A program made the translations under genes and the position numbers. A DNA stretch of 16,064 nt from NCBI GenBank assembly GCA_038321865.1, contig JBBQFH010000045.1, positions 1 to 16,064 on the forward strand. Reading direction: 5' to 3'. Shown in pieces: positions 1 to 8,674 of this stretch. Under the pieces are notes generated by a model. That model saw only the letters and a list, made by a program, of their open reading frames with translations. It searched no databases and was not told where the DNA came from. This stretch comes from Gemmatimonadales bacterium (GTDB lineage Bacteria; Gemmatimonadota; Gemmatimonadetes; Gemmatimonadales; GWC2-71-9). Position 1 is the first letter of the stretch, and the number at the start of each line of letters is the position of its first letter.

Positions 1-1794
1 CCGAAGGCGCTGACGACGGGCGCGGGGAGCGACCGCGCACCCCGCTGGTCTCCCGACGGCAAGACGCTCACCTTCCTCTCCACGCGTGACGGAGCGGCCC
101 AGGTGTGGCGCGTGGCGCCCCGGGGCGGTGAGCCGGTCAAGGTCACGACGATGCCGGCCGGCGTGAACGACTACGGCTGGTCGCCGGACGGCAAGGCACT
201 CTATCTCATCGCCGATACCAAGTGGCCGATCGTGCAGGAGATCGACCGGCGATCCGATCAATACCCCACCCAGGCCCGGATTTTCACATCGCTCTTCTTC
301 CGCCACTGGAATGAATGGCGGGCCGGCATCCGCCAGCATCTGTTCCGCTATTCCCTGACCGACGCGCGCGCGCTCGATCTTACGCCGATCGACCGGGATG
401 TGCCGACGCTCGCGCTGGGCGGCCACGACCTTGCCATTTCGTCGGTTGGCACCGAGCTCGCGGTGACGTTCAACCCCGATTCCAGCATCGCGACGTCCAC
501 CAACAACGACGTCTTCGTGATGGGACCGGACGGCGCCGGCCGGCAGGCCATCACCACCAACAAGGCCAACGACAACAGCCCGGCCTATTCGCCCGACGGA
601 CGCTACATCGCGTACCTGTCGAGCGACATCCCGGGGTTCGAATCGGATCAGCAGCACCTGACCCTGTACGAGCGGGCGACCGGGCGCCGGACACCGCTGA
701 CCGCGAGCTGGGACGCCAGCATTGCCGCGTTCAGCTGGACTCCCGACAGCCGCTCAGTCGTGGCCGAGGTGGAGGAGCGCGGCGAGCGGGTGCTGTACGC
801 AGTCGAGATCCCCACGGGGCGGCCGACCCGGCTGGTCTCGGGCGCCATGAACACCAACGTGCAGATCTCGGCGGCAGGAGATTACATGGTTTTCCTGCGG
901 CAGAGCGCGGTTGCGCCGCCGGAGCTGTACCGGACCGACCCGGTTGGTCGCGGGATGAAGCAGCTGACGCGGATCAATGCGGCGGTGCTGTCACGGCTGA
1001 CGCTGCCGGCGCTCGAGCCGTTCGGCTTCATCGGCGCCGCGGGCGATTCCGTCTTCGGCTGGGTCATGCGGCCTCCCGGGTTCGACGGCCGAAAGAGCTA
1101 TCCCCTGGTCTACCTGATCCACGGCGGGCCGCAGGGCGCCTGGCTGGACCAGTGGCATGCGCGGTGGAACTACGCGATGTTCGCCGCTCGCGGGTACGTC
1201 GTCGCGGCGGTGAATTTCCATGGCTCCACGGGCTACGGTCGCCGCTTTACCAACAGCATCTCGCGAAACTGGGGCGGCCTCCCGTACGACGACCTGATGA
1301 AGGGTCTCGATGTGCTCGCGACCCGGTCGTACGTGGACAAGGACCGCATGGGTGCGGCGGGCGCTTCGTACGGCGGCTACATGATCTACTGGATGGCCGG
1401 GCACACGACGCGGTTCCGGGCGCTGGTGGCGCATGACGGCGTATTCAACCCGCTGTCCATGGCCGGGACGACGGAGGAACTCTGGTTTCCGATCTGGGAA
1501 TTCGGCGGCTCCCAGCTTTCACCGTCCGCCCGGGCGATCATGGAAAAGTGGTCGCCGGCGAACTTCATCGGCCAGTGGACCACGCCGCTGCTCGTGGTCC
1601 ACAGCCAGCTCGACTACCGGCTCGACCTGTCGGAGGGGCTCCAGGCCTTCACCGCCGCGAAGCTGCGGGGCCTCCCGGCCAAGTTCCTCTACTTCCCCGA
1701 CGAAGACCACTTCGTGACCAGGCCGCGCAACCGGCGGCTCTGGTGGGACACCGTCCTCGACTGGCTCGACACCTATCTCCGGCGCGCGCCGTGA
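1..1794 (+). CDS. S9 family (prolyl oligopeptidase clan, DPP5/acylaminoacyl-peptidase-like) serine peptidase, 5'-truncated by the window edge
   Basis: Frame 1 is open from base 1 (PKALTTGAGSDRAPRWSPDGK...), so the 103 start in the ORF track is internal. PD40-like propeller repeats (WSPDG, YSPDG, WTPDS), HGGPQ oxyanion region, nucleophile elbow GASYGG, Asp in HSQLDYR and His in FPDEDH. Confidence 0.93.
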   Translation, partial: PKALTTGAGSDRAPRWSPDGKTLTFLSTRDGAAQVWRVAPRGGEPVKVTTMPAGVNDYGWSPDGKALYLIADTKWPIVQEIDRRSDQYPTQARIFTSLFFRHWNEWRAGIRQHLFRYSLTDARALDLTPIDRDVPTLALGGHDLAISSVGTELAVTFNPDSSIATSTNNDVFVMGPDGAGRQAITTNKANDNSPAYSPDGRYIAYLSSDIPGFESDQQHLTLYERATGRRTPLTASWDASIAAFSWTPDSRSVVAEVEERGERVLYAVEIPTGRPTRLVSGAMNTNVQISAAGDYMVFLRQSAVAPPELYRTDPVGRGMKQLTRINAAVLSRLTLPALEPFGFIGAAGDSVFGWVMRPPGFDGRKSYPLVYLIHGGPQGAWLDQWHARWNYAMFAARGYVVAAVNFHGSTGYGRRFTNSISRNWGGLPYDDLMKGLDVLATRSYVDKDRMGAAGASYGGYMIYWMAGHTTRFRALVAHDGVFNPLSMAGTTEELWFPIWEFGGSQLSPSARAIMEKWSPANFIGQWTTPLLVVHSQLDYRLDLSEGLQAFTAAKLRGLPAKFLYFPDEDHFVTRPRNRRLWWDTVLDWLDTYLRRAP

Positions 1795-1801
1795 CGGCAC
1801 C

Positions 1802-2182
1802 ATGCGCGCGCATCTGATACGGTTCGGGATCAACGCGCTGGCGCTTTGCGCCGCCGTGTGGCTCGTCCCCGGCCTGCACTACGCCGGCACGCCGGTGCGG
1901 TTCCTGCTGGTGGTGCTGGTCTTCGGCGTCGTCAACAGCGTGCTCCGCCCCTTGCTGCTGATCCTCACCTGTCCGCTGGTCGTGATCACGCTCGGCCTGT
2001 TCACTCTGGTGATCAATGCCCTCATGCTGCTTGCCACCGGAGCGCTTTCGAGACGGTGGGCGCTGGGTCTGACCGTAGACGGCTTCTGGGCGGCGCTGCT
2101 CGGCGGGATCATCATCGGACTTGTCAGCACCATCCTCGCCCTCTGGATCCGGGACGACTCGCGCCGCCGGACCGCCGCATGA
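1802..2182 (+). CDS. Phage holin family 4-TM membrane protein (YvlD/DUF360-like)
   Basis: 126 aa, four hydrophobic segments, family-typical 'VNSVLRPLLLILTCPLVVITLGLFTLVINALML' and 'VDGFWAALLGGIII'. Its TGA overlaps the ppk1 ATG (ATGA). Confidence 0.88.
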   Translation: MRAHLIRFGINALALCAAVWLVPGLHYAGTPVRFLLVVLVFGVVNSVLRPLLLILTCPLVVITLGLFTLVINALMLLATGALSRRWALGLTVDGFWAALLGGIIIGLVSTILALWIRDDSRRRTAA

Positions 2183-4317
2183 GCGACCGTGAGCTCGATG
2201 TGGAAACTCAGGGGGTCCAGGTCGACCTGCGCCACCCGTCGCTCTATCTCAACCGCGAGCTGTCATGGCTCGAATTCAACGCGCGGGTGCTGCACGAAGC
2301 CACGGACCCGCGGACACCGCTGCTCGAGCGCGTGAAGTTTCTCGCGATCTTCAGCAACAACCTCGACGAATTCTTCCAGATCCGCGTCGCCGGACTCAAG
2401 CGGCAGGTGGCCGGCGCCGTGAGCGAGCTGACCTCGGACGGAATGACGCCGGAGGAGGAGTTGCGGGCCATCGGCGCCGTGGTGGCCGAGCAGACCCGGT
2501 CGCACCGGCGCTCCCTGCTCGACGATGTGCTGCCCGGCCTGGCCGAGCACGGCGTCCGGCTGATCACCAACCTGGATGAGCTGCCGGCCGCTGATCGCGA
2601 GCATCTGGAGCGGTACTTCCAGGCCAATATCTTCCCGGTGCTCACCCCGCTCGCCGTGGATCCCGGGCATCCCTTCCCCTATATCTCGAATCTCAGCCTG
2701 TCGCTCGCCGTCGTCCTGCGCGACGCCGACGGGGACGAACGGTTTGCGCGGGTCAAGGTTCCGAAGATCCTGCCGCGCTGGGTGCCGCTTCCGACGCCGT
2801 ACCAGTACGTGCCCCTGGAGTACATCATCGGCGCGAACCTGGACGCGCTGTTCCCCGGCGTGACCATCCTCGGCTGGTACACCTTCCGCATCACCCGCAA
2901 TACCGAGCTCGAGCTGGACGAGGACGAGGCGGACGACCTGCTGAGTCACATTCAGGAGGAGGTCCGGAACCGGCGGTTCGGCGAGGTCGTCAGGCTGGAG
3001 GTGCACACCTCGATGCCCGAGTCGCTCCGCCAGCTCCTGCTGGCCGAGTTCAACGAAGAGCAGGAGTCGCCGGCGCTGGCCCTGACGGATGACGACGTCT
3101 ACGAGGTGCTGGGCCCGCTCGACACCGCCGATCTGATGTCGTTATCCGCCCTGGACATTCCCGCGCTGCGCGATGCGCCATTTCATCCGGCGACACCGGC
3201 GCGCCTCGCGGGCGGGCGAAACATTTTCGAGGTCGTGCGTGAGGGCGACATCTTCGTGCACCATCCGTACGACAGTTTCGGCAAGACGGTGGAGTGCTTC
3301 ATCGAGACGGCCGCCGCCGACCCGGATGTCGTCGCGATCAAGCTCACGCTCTACCGGACCGGCGGCGACTCCAGCATCGCCCGACAGCTGGCGCTGGCGG
3401 CCGAACGGGGCAAGCAGGTGGCGGTACTGATCGAGCTGCAGGCGCGCTTCGACGAGGAGAACAACATTCGCTGGGCCCAGCGACTGGAAGACGTCGGGGT
3501 GCATGTCAGCTACGGCGTCGTAGGGCTGAAGACGCACTCGAAGGTCATGCTCGTCGTCCGCCGCGAGGGAGACCGGATGCGGCGCTACGTGCACGTCGGC
3601 ACCGGGAACTACAACCTGAAGACGTCGCGCGTGTACACGGACTTCGGCATCTTCTCCACGGACCCCGACCTTGCCGCCGATCTCACGGACCTCTTCAACG
3701 TGCTGACCGGCTTCGGCACCCCTTCCGCCTACCGCAAGCTGGTCGTGGCACCGCGCGGAATGCGGCAGAAATTCCTGTCGCTCATCAACCGTGAAATCGA
3801 GCATGCGCGTGCCGGTCGGCCCGCACGCATGCTGGTGAAGCTGAATTCACTGGTGGACCCGGAGATCATCGTCGCGCTGTATCAGGCGTCGCAGGCGGGC
3901 GTCACGGTGGACCTGATCGTGCGCGGAATCTGCTGCCTGCGCCCGGGCCTGCCAGGCGTGAGCGAACGGATCCGGGTGATGAGCATCGTCGGGCGATTCC
4001 TGGAGCATTCACGGGTCTACTGCTTTCACAACAACGGCGAGACCGAGACCTATATCGGCTCGGCCGACTGGATGCCGCGCAACTTCGACCGACGCATCGA
4101 GGCAGCCGCGCCGATTCAGGATCCGGCTCAGCAGCAGACGATCATCGGCATACTCGAGCTGATGTGGCAGGACAACCGCCAGGCGTGGGATCTCCATCCC
4201 GACGGCAGCTATGAGCAGCGCCGACCGGCGGCAGGCGAGCCCGAACGATCGGCGCAACGCATCTTCATGGAACAGAGCCGGCTCGCGGAACAGAGCCGGC
4301 TGGCCGCGGCTCAGTAG
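2179..4317 (+). CDS. ppk1: Polyphosphate kinase 1
   Basis: YLNRELSWLEFNARVL, NLDEFFQIRVAG, HPFPYISNLS, HHPYDSF, ELQARFDEENNI, phospho-His motif LKTHSK, GTGNYN, GRFLEHSR, SADWMPRN. Start placed at ATG 2179 (MSDRELDV, 712 aa); the 1846 start runs through the holin gene. Confidence 0.97.
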   Translation: MSDRELDVETQGVQVDLRHPSLYLNRELSWLEFNARVLHEATDPRTPLLERVKFLAIFSNNLDEFFQIRVAGLKRQVAGAVSELTSDGMTPEEELRAIGAVVAEQTRSHRRSLLDDVLPGLAEHGVRLITNLDELPAADREHLERYFQANIFPVLTPLAVDPGHPFPYISNLSLSLAVVLRDADGDERFARVKVPKILPRWVPLPTPYQYVPLEYIIGANLDALFPGVTILGWYTFRITRNTELELDEDEADDLLSHIQEEVRNRRFGEVVRLEVHTSMPESLRQLLLAEFNEEQESPALALTDDDVYEVLGPLDTADLMSLSALDIPALRDAPFHPATPARLAGGRNIFEVVREGDIFVHHPYDSFGKTVECFIETAAADPDVVAIKLTLYRTGGDSSIARQLALAAERGKQVAVLIELQARFDEENNIRWAQRLEDVGVHVSYGVVGLKTHSKVMLVVRREGDRMRRYVHVGTGNYNLKTSRVYTDFGIFSTDPDLAADLTDLFNVLTGFGTPSAYRKLVVAPRGMRQKFLSLINREIEHARAGRPARMLVKLNSLVDPEIIVALYQASQAGVTVDLIVRGICCLRPGLPGVSERIRVMSIVGRFLEHSRVYCFHNNGETETYIGSADWMPRNFDRRIEAAAPIQDPAQQQTIIGILELMWQDNRQAWDLHPDGSYEQRRPAAGEPERSAQRIFMEQSRLAEQSRLAAAQ
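4270..4305 (+). repeat. In-frame 18-bp tandem duplication at the ppk1 3' end (EQSRLA x2)
   Basis: gaacagagccggctcgcg followed by gaacagagccggctggcc, 16/18 identical. Confidence 0.85.
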
Positions 4318-5408
4318 ACCAGGCCCGACCCCTCGGCGAACTTCTTCATCAGCTCCTCCTGCTCCGGGGTCAGCTTCTCGGGCAACGTCACCTGCACGGC
4401 GACGAGCTGATCCCCCTTCCGTCCGTTCTTTTCCAGTCCCTGGCCCTTGATGCGAAACTTCCGGCCCGGTTGCGTGCCCGCCGGAATCTTGAGCACGACC
4501 TTCTTTCCGTCGAGCGTCCGGACCCGGAGCCTCGAGCCGAGGACGGCCTGCGCGAGGTTGATCGGCACCTCGCAGACGAGGTCCAGCCCGTCGCGATGAA
4601 AAAATCGGTCCGGCTGTACCTGAAAGGTGATCAGGAGGTCACCGGCCGGGGCGCCAGGCCGGCCCGGCTGCCCCTGACCCTTGAGCCGGATCTTGCTGCC
4701 GGCCTCGGTCGCCGGCGGCACCGTAATCATGATGCGGCGCTCGGTGCGTACTTCGCCGGCACCCTGGCAGGTAGGACAGGGTTGCGACGGGATCTTCCCG
4801 CGGCCCCGGCACCGCGGACAGGGCCGATTCACGGCGAAGCTGCCCTGGCCGAAGGAAATGCTCCCTCGGCCGTCGCACTCGGGACAGGTGCTTATCGTGG
4901 CGCCAGGTGCGCCGCCGCTCCCGCTGCAGGTCGGGCAGGCTTCGACCACCGGCATGGTGACCGGCACCTTTCCGCCCAGCATCGCGACCCGGAACGGCAC
5001 CTCGACGACCGCCTCGAGGCTTTCGCCCCGTTGCTCCTCGCGGCGGCCGCGGCCGAAGATCGATGAGAAGATGTCTCCCAGGCCGAATCCGCTGAGGTCG
5101 CCGAGGTCCATCTCGTCCGCGCCAGCCGGCCCGGCCCCGCCGCTTCTGGCCCCGGCCCCGGCCGGGCGGCGCGCGGCGGTGTCGAACGCGCCAAGCCGCC
5201 GCATCTGATCGTACTGTTTCCGCTTGTCCGGATCGGAGAGCGTCGCGTGCGCCTCGGAAATTTCCTTGAAGCGTTCCGAGGCCGATGCGTTATTCGGATT
5301 GGCGTCCGGATGATACTGCTTGGCCAGCCGGCGGTAGGCCTTCTTGATCTCGGCCTGAGAGGCCGAGTCCGGCACTCCGAGCACCTGGTAGAAGTCCTTC
5401 GCCGCCAC
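4311..5408 (-). CDS. dnaJ: Chaperone DnaJ (class A)
   Basis: J domain (DFYQVLGV...YHPD), G-rich linker with DIF motif, four CxxCxGxG zinc-finger repeats (CPTCSGSG, CPECDGRG, CPRCRGRG, CPTCQGAG), C-terminal IPAGTQPG. GTG start directly abuts the grpE TAG. Confidence 0.97.
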   Translation of the reverse strand: MAAKDFYQVLGVPDSASQAEIKKAYRRLAKQYHPDANPNNASASERFKEISEAHATLSDPDKRKQYDQMRRLGAFDTAARRPAGAGARSGGAGPAGADEMDLGDLSGFGLGDIFSSIFGRGRREEQRGESLEAVVEVPFRVAMLGGKVPVTMPVVEACPTCSGSGGAPGATISTCPECDGRGSISFGQGSFAVNRPCPRCRGRGKIPSQPCPTCQGAGEVRTERRIMITVPPATEAGSKIRLKGQGQPGRPGAPAGDLLITFQVQPDRFFHRDGLDLVCEVPINLAQAVLGSRLRVRTLDGKKVVLKIPAGTQPGRKFRIKGQGLEKNGRKGDQLVAVQVTLPEKLTPEQEELMKKFAEGSGLVY

Positions 5409-6050
5409 CTACGCCTGCCCCTCGGAATACACCTGGACGCGCGCCGGGCGCACCAGGGTCCCCTTGAACCGATAGCCGGTCTGGAAGGTGGCGCTGACCG
5501 TGTGATCCAGCGCCGCATCCGGCGGGGGGATGATCGACACCGCCTCGTGTTCGGCCGGGTTGAACGGCTGGCCGACCGGATCGATCCGCTCGACCCCCGC
5601 CGACTCGAGCTCCTTGCGAAGCTTCTTGTCGACCAGCGCGAGACCGGCACTCAGCGTGTCCGGCGCGGCGGCTGAATCCGTCGCGACCAGCCGGTCGAGA
5701 TCATCCAGCACATCGAGCAGGCGTGCGATAAAGGTCGCCTGGGCCCGGTCGGACAGCTCGCTCCGCTCGCGGGCGACACGCTTCTTGTAATTGTCGAATT
5801 CCGCCGCGAGGCGAAGGTGCCGGTCGCGCATGTCGTGCAGGTCGCTCACCGCGCGCGCCGCGGGCGCTTCGCCGAAGAGCGGCTGAGTCCCGTCTGCACG
5901 CGACGAAGGCGTCTGCGACCCATCGGTCGACGCCAGGTCGGCGTCGTCGCCAGCGCTGCCGGGCGCCGCCATGTCGTCGGTGCGGCCGATGGTATTGCCC
6001 TGCGCGTCGCCCTGATCGAGGCCGGAGTCTGGGCGCGATGAGTCTTTCAC
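5409..6050 (-). CDS. grpE: Nucleotide exchange factor GrpE
   Basis: RLAAEFDNYKKR, LLDVLDDLDR, GQPFNPAEHEAV, FQTGY...LVRPARVQV. GTG start with GAGGG 7 nt upstream; low-complexity acidic N-terminus. Confidence 0.95.
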   Translation of the reverse strand: MKDSSRPDSGLDQGDAQGNTIGRTDDMAAPGSAGDDADLASTDGSQTPSSRADGTQPLFGEAPAARAVSDLHDMRDRHLRLAAEFDNYKKRVARERSELSDRAQATFIARLLDVLDDLDRLVATDSAAAPDTLSAGLALVDKKLRKELESAGVERIDPVGQPFNPAEHEAVSIIPPPDAALDHTVSATFQTGYRFKGTLVRPARVQVYSEGQA

Positions 6051-6085
6051 GGGTCTGCCCTCTGTACGTTGAGCGCGAAAGATAA

Positions 6086-7315
6086 CTAGAGCCGCTCGTT
6101 GAGACGGGCCAGCGCCGCCTGCGCGGCCCGGGCGCGGATTTCGGAGCGCGTGCCGATCATCATCGCCATCGTGGCACCGGTCCCGCCCCGGCCGGCCAGC
6201 CCGAACCAGACGGTCCCCACCGGCTTCTCTTCACTGCCTCCGCCGGGCCCGGCAATTCCCGTGATGCTGACGGCAAGGTCGGCCTGGAACAGCGCCAGGA
6301 CCCCTTCGGCCATCGCACGGGCCACCGCCTCACTCACCGCGCCCTCGCGCTCGATGAGGGCAGTCGGTACGCCGAGCAGCGAGCCCTTGGCGGCGTTCTC
6401 GTACACGATCGCTCCGCCGGCAAAGACGTCCGAACTGCCCGGCGTCTCGGTCAGGCGGGCACCGAGCAGCCCGCCGGTACACGACTCGGCGACGGCCAGC
6501 CTGACGCCCTCGCGCCTGGCCCGCTCGAGGACGAGTGCGGCCAGGTCTTCCGCGTCCTCGCCGTACGCGAACGGACCGGCACGCTTGCGGATCACCGCGG
6601 CGGCGGCGGCGAGGCGCTCATCGGCCCGGGCGGCCGTCAAACCCCACGCCGTGATGCGCAGGTCCACGCCCTCCAGCCCCGGAAGGTAGGCGAGCGTCAA
6701 GGGCGCGATCTCCTGCTCGATCTCGCCGATGCGCTCGGCCAGCGTGCTCTCTGCCACACCAGTGGCGCGAACGGTCCGTGAGCGGATCACCTCGATGCCG
6801 CCGCGGAGCGCCAGCCGCGGCGCGACCTCGTGAACCAGGAGGTTGCGCATCTCGACGGGCACGCCGGGCAGCATGATCGTGAGCCCTGGCGCACCTTCCA
6901 GCCAGAGGCCGGGCGCGGACCCCCACCGGTTCGGCAGCACGACAGCCCCGCGGGGCACTTCAGCCTGGCTCCGGTTGCTCGCGGCCGGCGTGCGACCGAG
7001 TCGCCGGTACCGCTCGAGCAGTGCCTGCCAGAGCGCCTCCTGGAAGTCGAGGGGCCAGCCGTAGAGATCGGCCACGATCCGCTTGGTGATGTCGTCACGC
7101 GTGGGCCCGAGCCCGCCGGTCGTGATGACGGCCCCGGTGCGCGAAAGCGCCGTCGCCACCGCGTCCCGGATTTCGTCGGTCCGGTCCGCGACGGATGTCC
7201 GGCGCACGACCCGAACGCCGATCCGTGCGAGCTGGCGCCCGAGCTCCGCGCCATTCGTATCGATGGTGAGGCCGAGCAGCAGCTCGGTTCCGATGGTGAC
7301 GACTTCGATTTCCAT
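6086..7315 (-). CDS. cinA: CinA (MoCF-biosynthesis-like/COG1058 domain fused to PncC NMN deamidase domain)
   Basis: IGTELLLG...DTNG and TGGLGPTRDD in the N domain; AVAESCTGG, YENAAK, GAVSEAVARAMAEG, SITGIAGPGGGSEEKPVGTVW in the PncC domain. Confidence 0.95.
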   Translation of the reverse strand: MEIEVVTIGTELLLGLTIDTNGAELGRQLARIGVRVVRRTSVADRTDEIRDAVATALSRTGAVITTGGLGPTRDDITKRIVADLYGWPLDFQEALWQALLERYRRLGRTPAASNRSQAEVPRGAVVLPNRWGSAPGLWLEGAPGLTIMLPGVPVEMRNLLVHEVAPRLALRGGIEVIRSRTVRATGVAESTLAERIGEIEQEIAPLTLAYLPGLEGVDLRITAWGLTAARADERLAAAAAVIRKRAGPFAYGEDAEDLAALVLERARREGVRLAVAESCTGGLLGARLTETPGSSDVFAGGAIVYENAAKGSLLGVPTALIEREGAVSEAVARAMAEGVLALFQADLAVSITGIAGPGGGSEEKPVGTVWFGLAGRGGTGATMAMMIGTRSEIRARAAQAALARLNERL

Positions 7316-7333
7316 GCGGGAAGGCGAGTCCGG

Positions 7334-7972
7334 TCAGCGCGGGCGTTCGGAGAAGAGCCGGCGGTAGCGGTACATGTAGTGAGCGAACGAGTAAACCGTC
7401 AGGAGCGTCGCCACGGCGAGCGTCACGGCGACGAAGCTCCCATGGAAGGTGTTCCAGAATTCGGCGAAGCGCCCGTGCTCCCAGCCCAGCGGCTTGCGGG
7501 CGTCACGAAACGCGAACCAGAGCATGATGGCGCCGATGAACACGTTCTGCAGCACCGTCTTGAGCTTGCCGACGTTGCCGGCCGGGATGACGACGCCGTG
7601 GCGCTGCGCCCACCAGCGGAAGCCGGTCATGGCGAGCTCCCGGCCAATCAGCAGGGCGCACACCCAGAGCGGAATGCTGCCCCAGACCGGGATATCGTAG
7701 AGATCGTGCCGCTGGCGGGAAATCCAGTAGATCGGAATGAGTGTCGCGAAGAGCAGCAGCTTGTCGGCGATGGGATCGAGCAGCTTCCCGAGGTCGGTGA
7801 CGAGATTGTGCCGGCGTGCGAGGTAGCCGTCGAAGACGTCGCTGACGGCGGCGATGACGAATACCACGAAGCAGATCAGCTTCGGCCAGTAGCCCTCGAT
7901 AAACGGCAGCAGCGCGATGACCGGCGTGAAGCTGATCCGGACCAGCGTGATGATGTTCGGCAGCGTCCACAT
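7334..7972 (-). CDS. pgsA: CDP-alcohol phosphatidyltransferase (PgsA-like)
   Basis: Starts MWTLPNIITLVR at ATG 7972 (212 aa); signature DxxDGxxAR...GxxxDxxxD present as SDVFDGYLARRHNLVTDLGKLLDPIADK; also GRE and GKLKTVLQ. Located before cinA. Exact head-group specificity is not provable from sequence. Confidence 0.88.
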   Translation of the reverse strand: MWTLPNIITLVRISFTPVIALLPFIEGYWPKLICFVVFVIAAVSDVFDGYLARRHNLVTDLGKLLDPIADKLLLFATLIPIYWISRQRHDLYDIPVWGSIPLWVCALLIGRELAMTGFRWWAQRHGVVIPAGNVGKLKTVLQNVFIGAIMLWFAFRDARKPLGWEHGRFAEFWNTFHGSFVAVTLAVATLLTVYSFAHYMYRYRRLFSERPR

Positions 7973-7985
7973 GGCGGCGCGCCGC

Positions 7986-8660
7986 TTACCCGAGGGTTTT
8001 GACGACGGTCTTGCTGATGGCCTTGAGCGTGTCGAACACACCGTCACCGCTGACGGCGACTGCCTCGAAATACGGCGCGCGCTCGATCCATTGCCCGTCC
8101 TGCGCGCTCACCAGAAATTCGCCCGGATGATCGGCGTCCGGGATCTGCCGCTGGCGAATCGGCTCTTCGACGACCCAGCCGGGGTTCAGCGCAGCCTGCA
8201 GCTCGGCGATCGGCGCGGCGTTGGGCAGGTCGCGCTTGTTGTACTGAATGGCGAAGGGAAGCTTGGTGAGGTCGTAGCCGTGCTGGGCCATGTTGTCGTA
8301 CAGATTCTGCATGGCCTCGATGTTGGCTTCCATCCGTTCGAGCTGGCTGTCGGCCACGAACACCACGCCGTCCACCCCCTTGAGGATGAGCTTGCGGGAC
8401 GCGTTGTAGTAGACCTGTCCGGGGACGGTGTAGAGATGGAACTTGACCTGGAATCCGCGAATGGTCCCGAGATCCACCGGCAGGAAATCGAAGAAGAGGG
8501 TGCGCTCCGTTTCGGTGGCGAGGGAAATCATCTTCCCCCTCGCCGCCGGGGCGACCTTGTTGTAGACGAATTCAAGATTCGTCGTCTTGCCGCCGAGCCC
8601 GGGCCCGTAGTAGACGAGCTTGCAGTTGATCTCGCGCGAGGCGTAGTTGATCATCGACAT
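7986..8660 (-). CDS. mglA: MglA-family small Ras-like GTPase
   Basis: [29 protein letters not shown] (G1), [12 protein letters not shown] (intrinsic Arg finger plus G2 Thr), LYTVPGQ (G3), YNKRD (G4), EAVA...GVFDTLK. Directly downstream of mglB. Confidence 0.96.
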   Translation of the reverse strand: MSMINYASREINCKLVYYGPGLGGKTTNLEFVYNKVAPAARGKMISLATETERTLFFDFLPVDLGTIRGFQVKFHLYTVPGQVYYNASRKLILKGVDGVVFVADSQLERMEANIEAMQNLYDNMAQHGYDLTKLPFAIQYNKRDLPNAAPIAELQAALNPGWVVEEPIRQRQIPDADHPGEFLVSAQDGQWIERAPYFEAVAVSGDGVFDTLKAISKTVVKTLG

Positions 8661-8674
8661 GGATGCGGTCTTCC

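Noticed and set aside
315..1436. 373-aa alternative-frame ORF inside the peptidase (and similar ones such as 6830-8002, 7917-8783, 11454-12191)
   Set aside because: They overlap motif-supported genes, have biased Arg/Gly/Ala composition and no recognisable domains; explained by stop-codon scarcity.
1846..2178. N-terminal 111-aa extension of ppk1 in the ORF track
   Set aside because: It overlaps the holin-family gene out of frame; ATG 2179 with the ATGA overlap fits normal PPK1 length.
1802..2182. Prophage remnant suggested by the 'holin' family name
   Set aside because: No integrase, endolysin, structural genes or compositional shift; the family is commonly chromosomal.
7974..7985. Perfect 12-bp palindrome GCGGCGCGCCGC filling the mglA-pgsA gap
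   Set aside because: All-GC palindromes are expected by chance at this composition; no U-tract and no second copy noticed.
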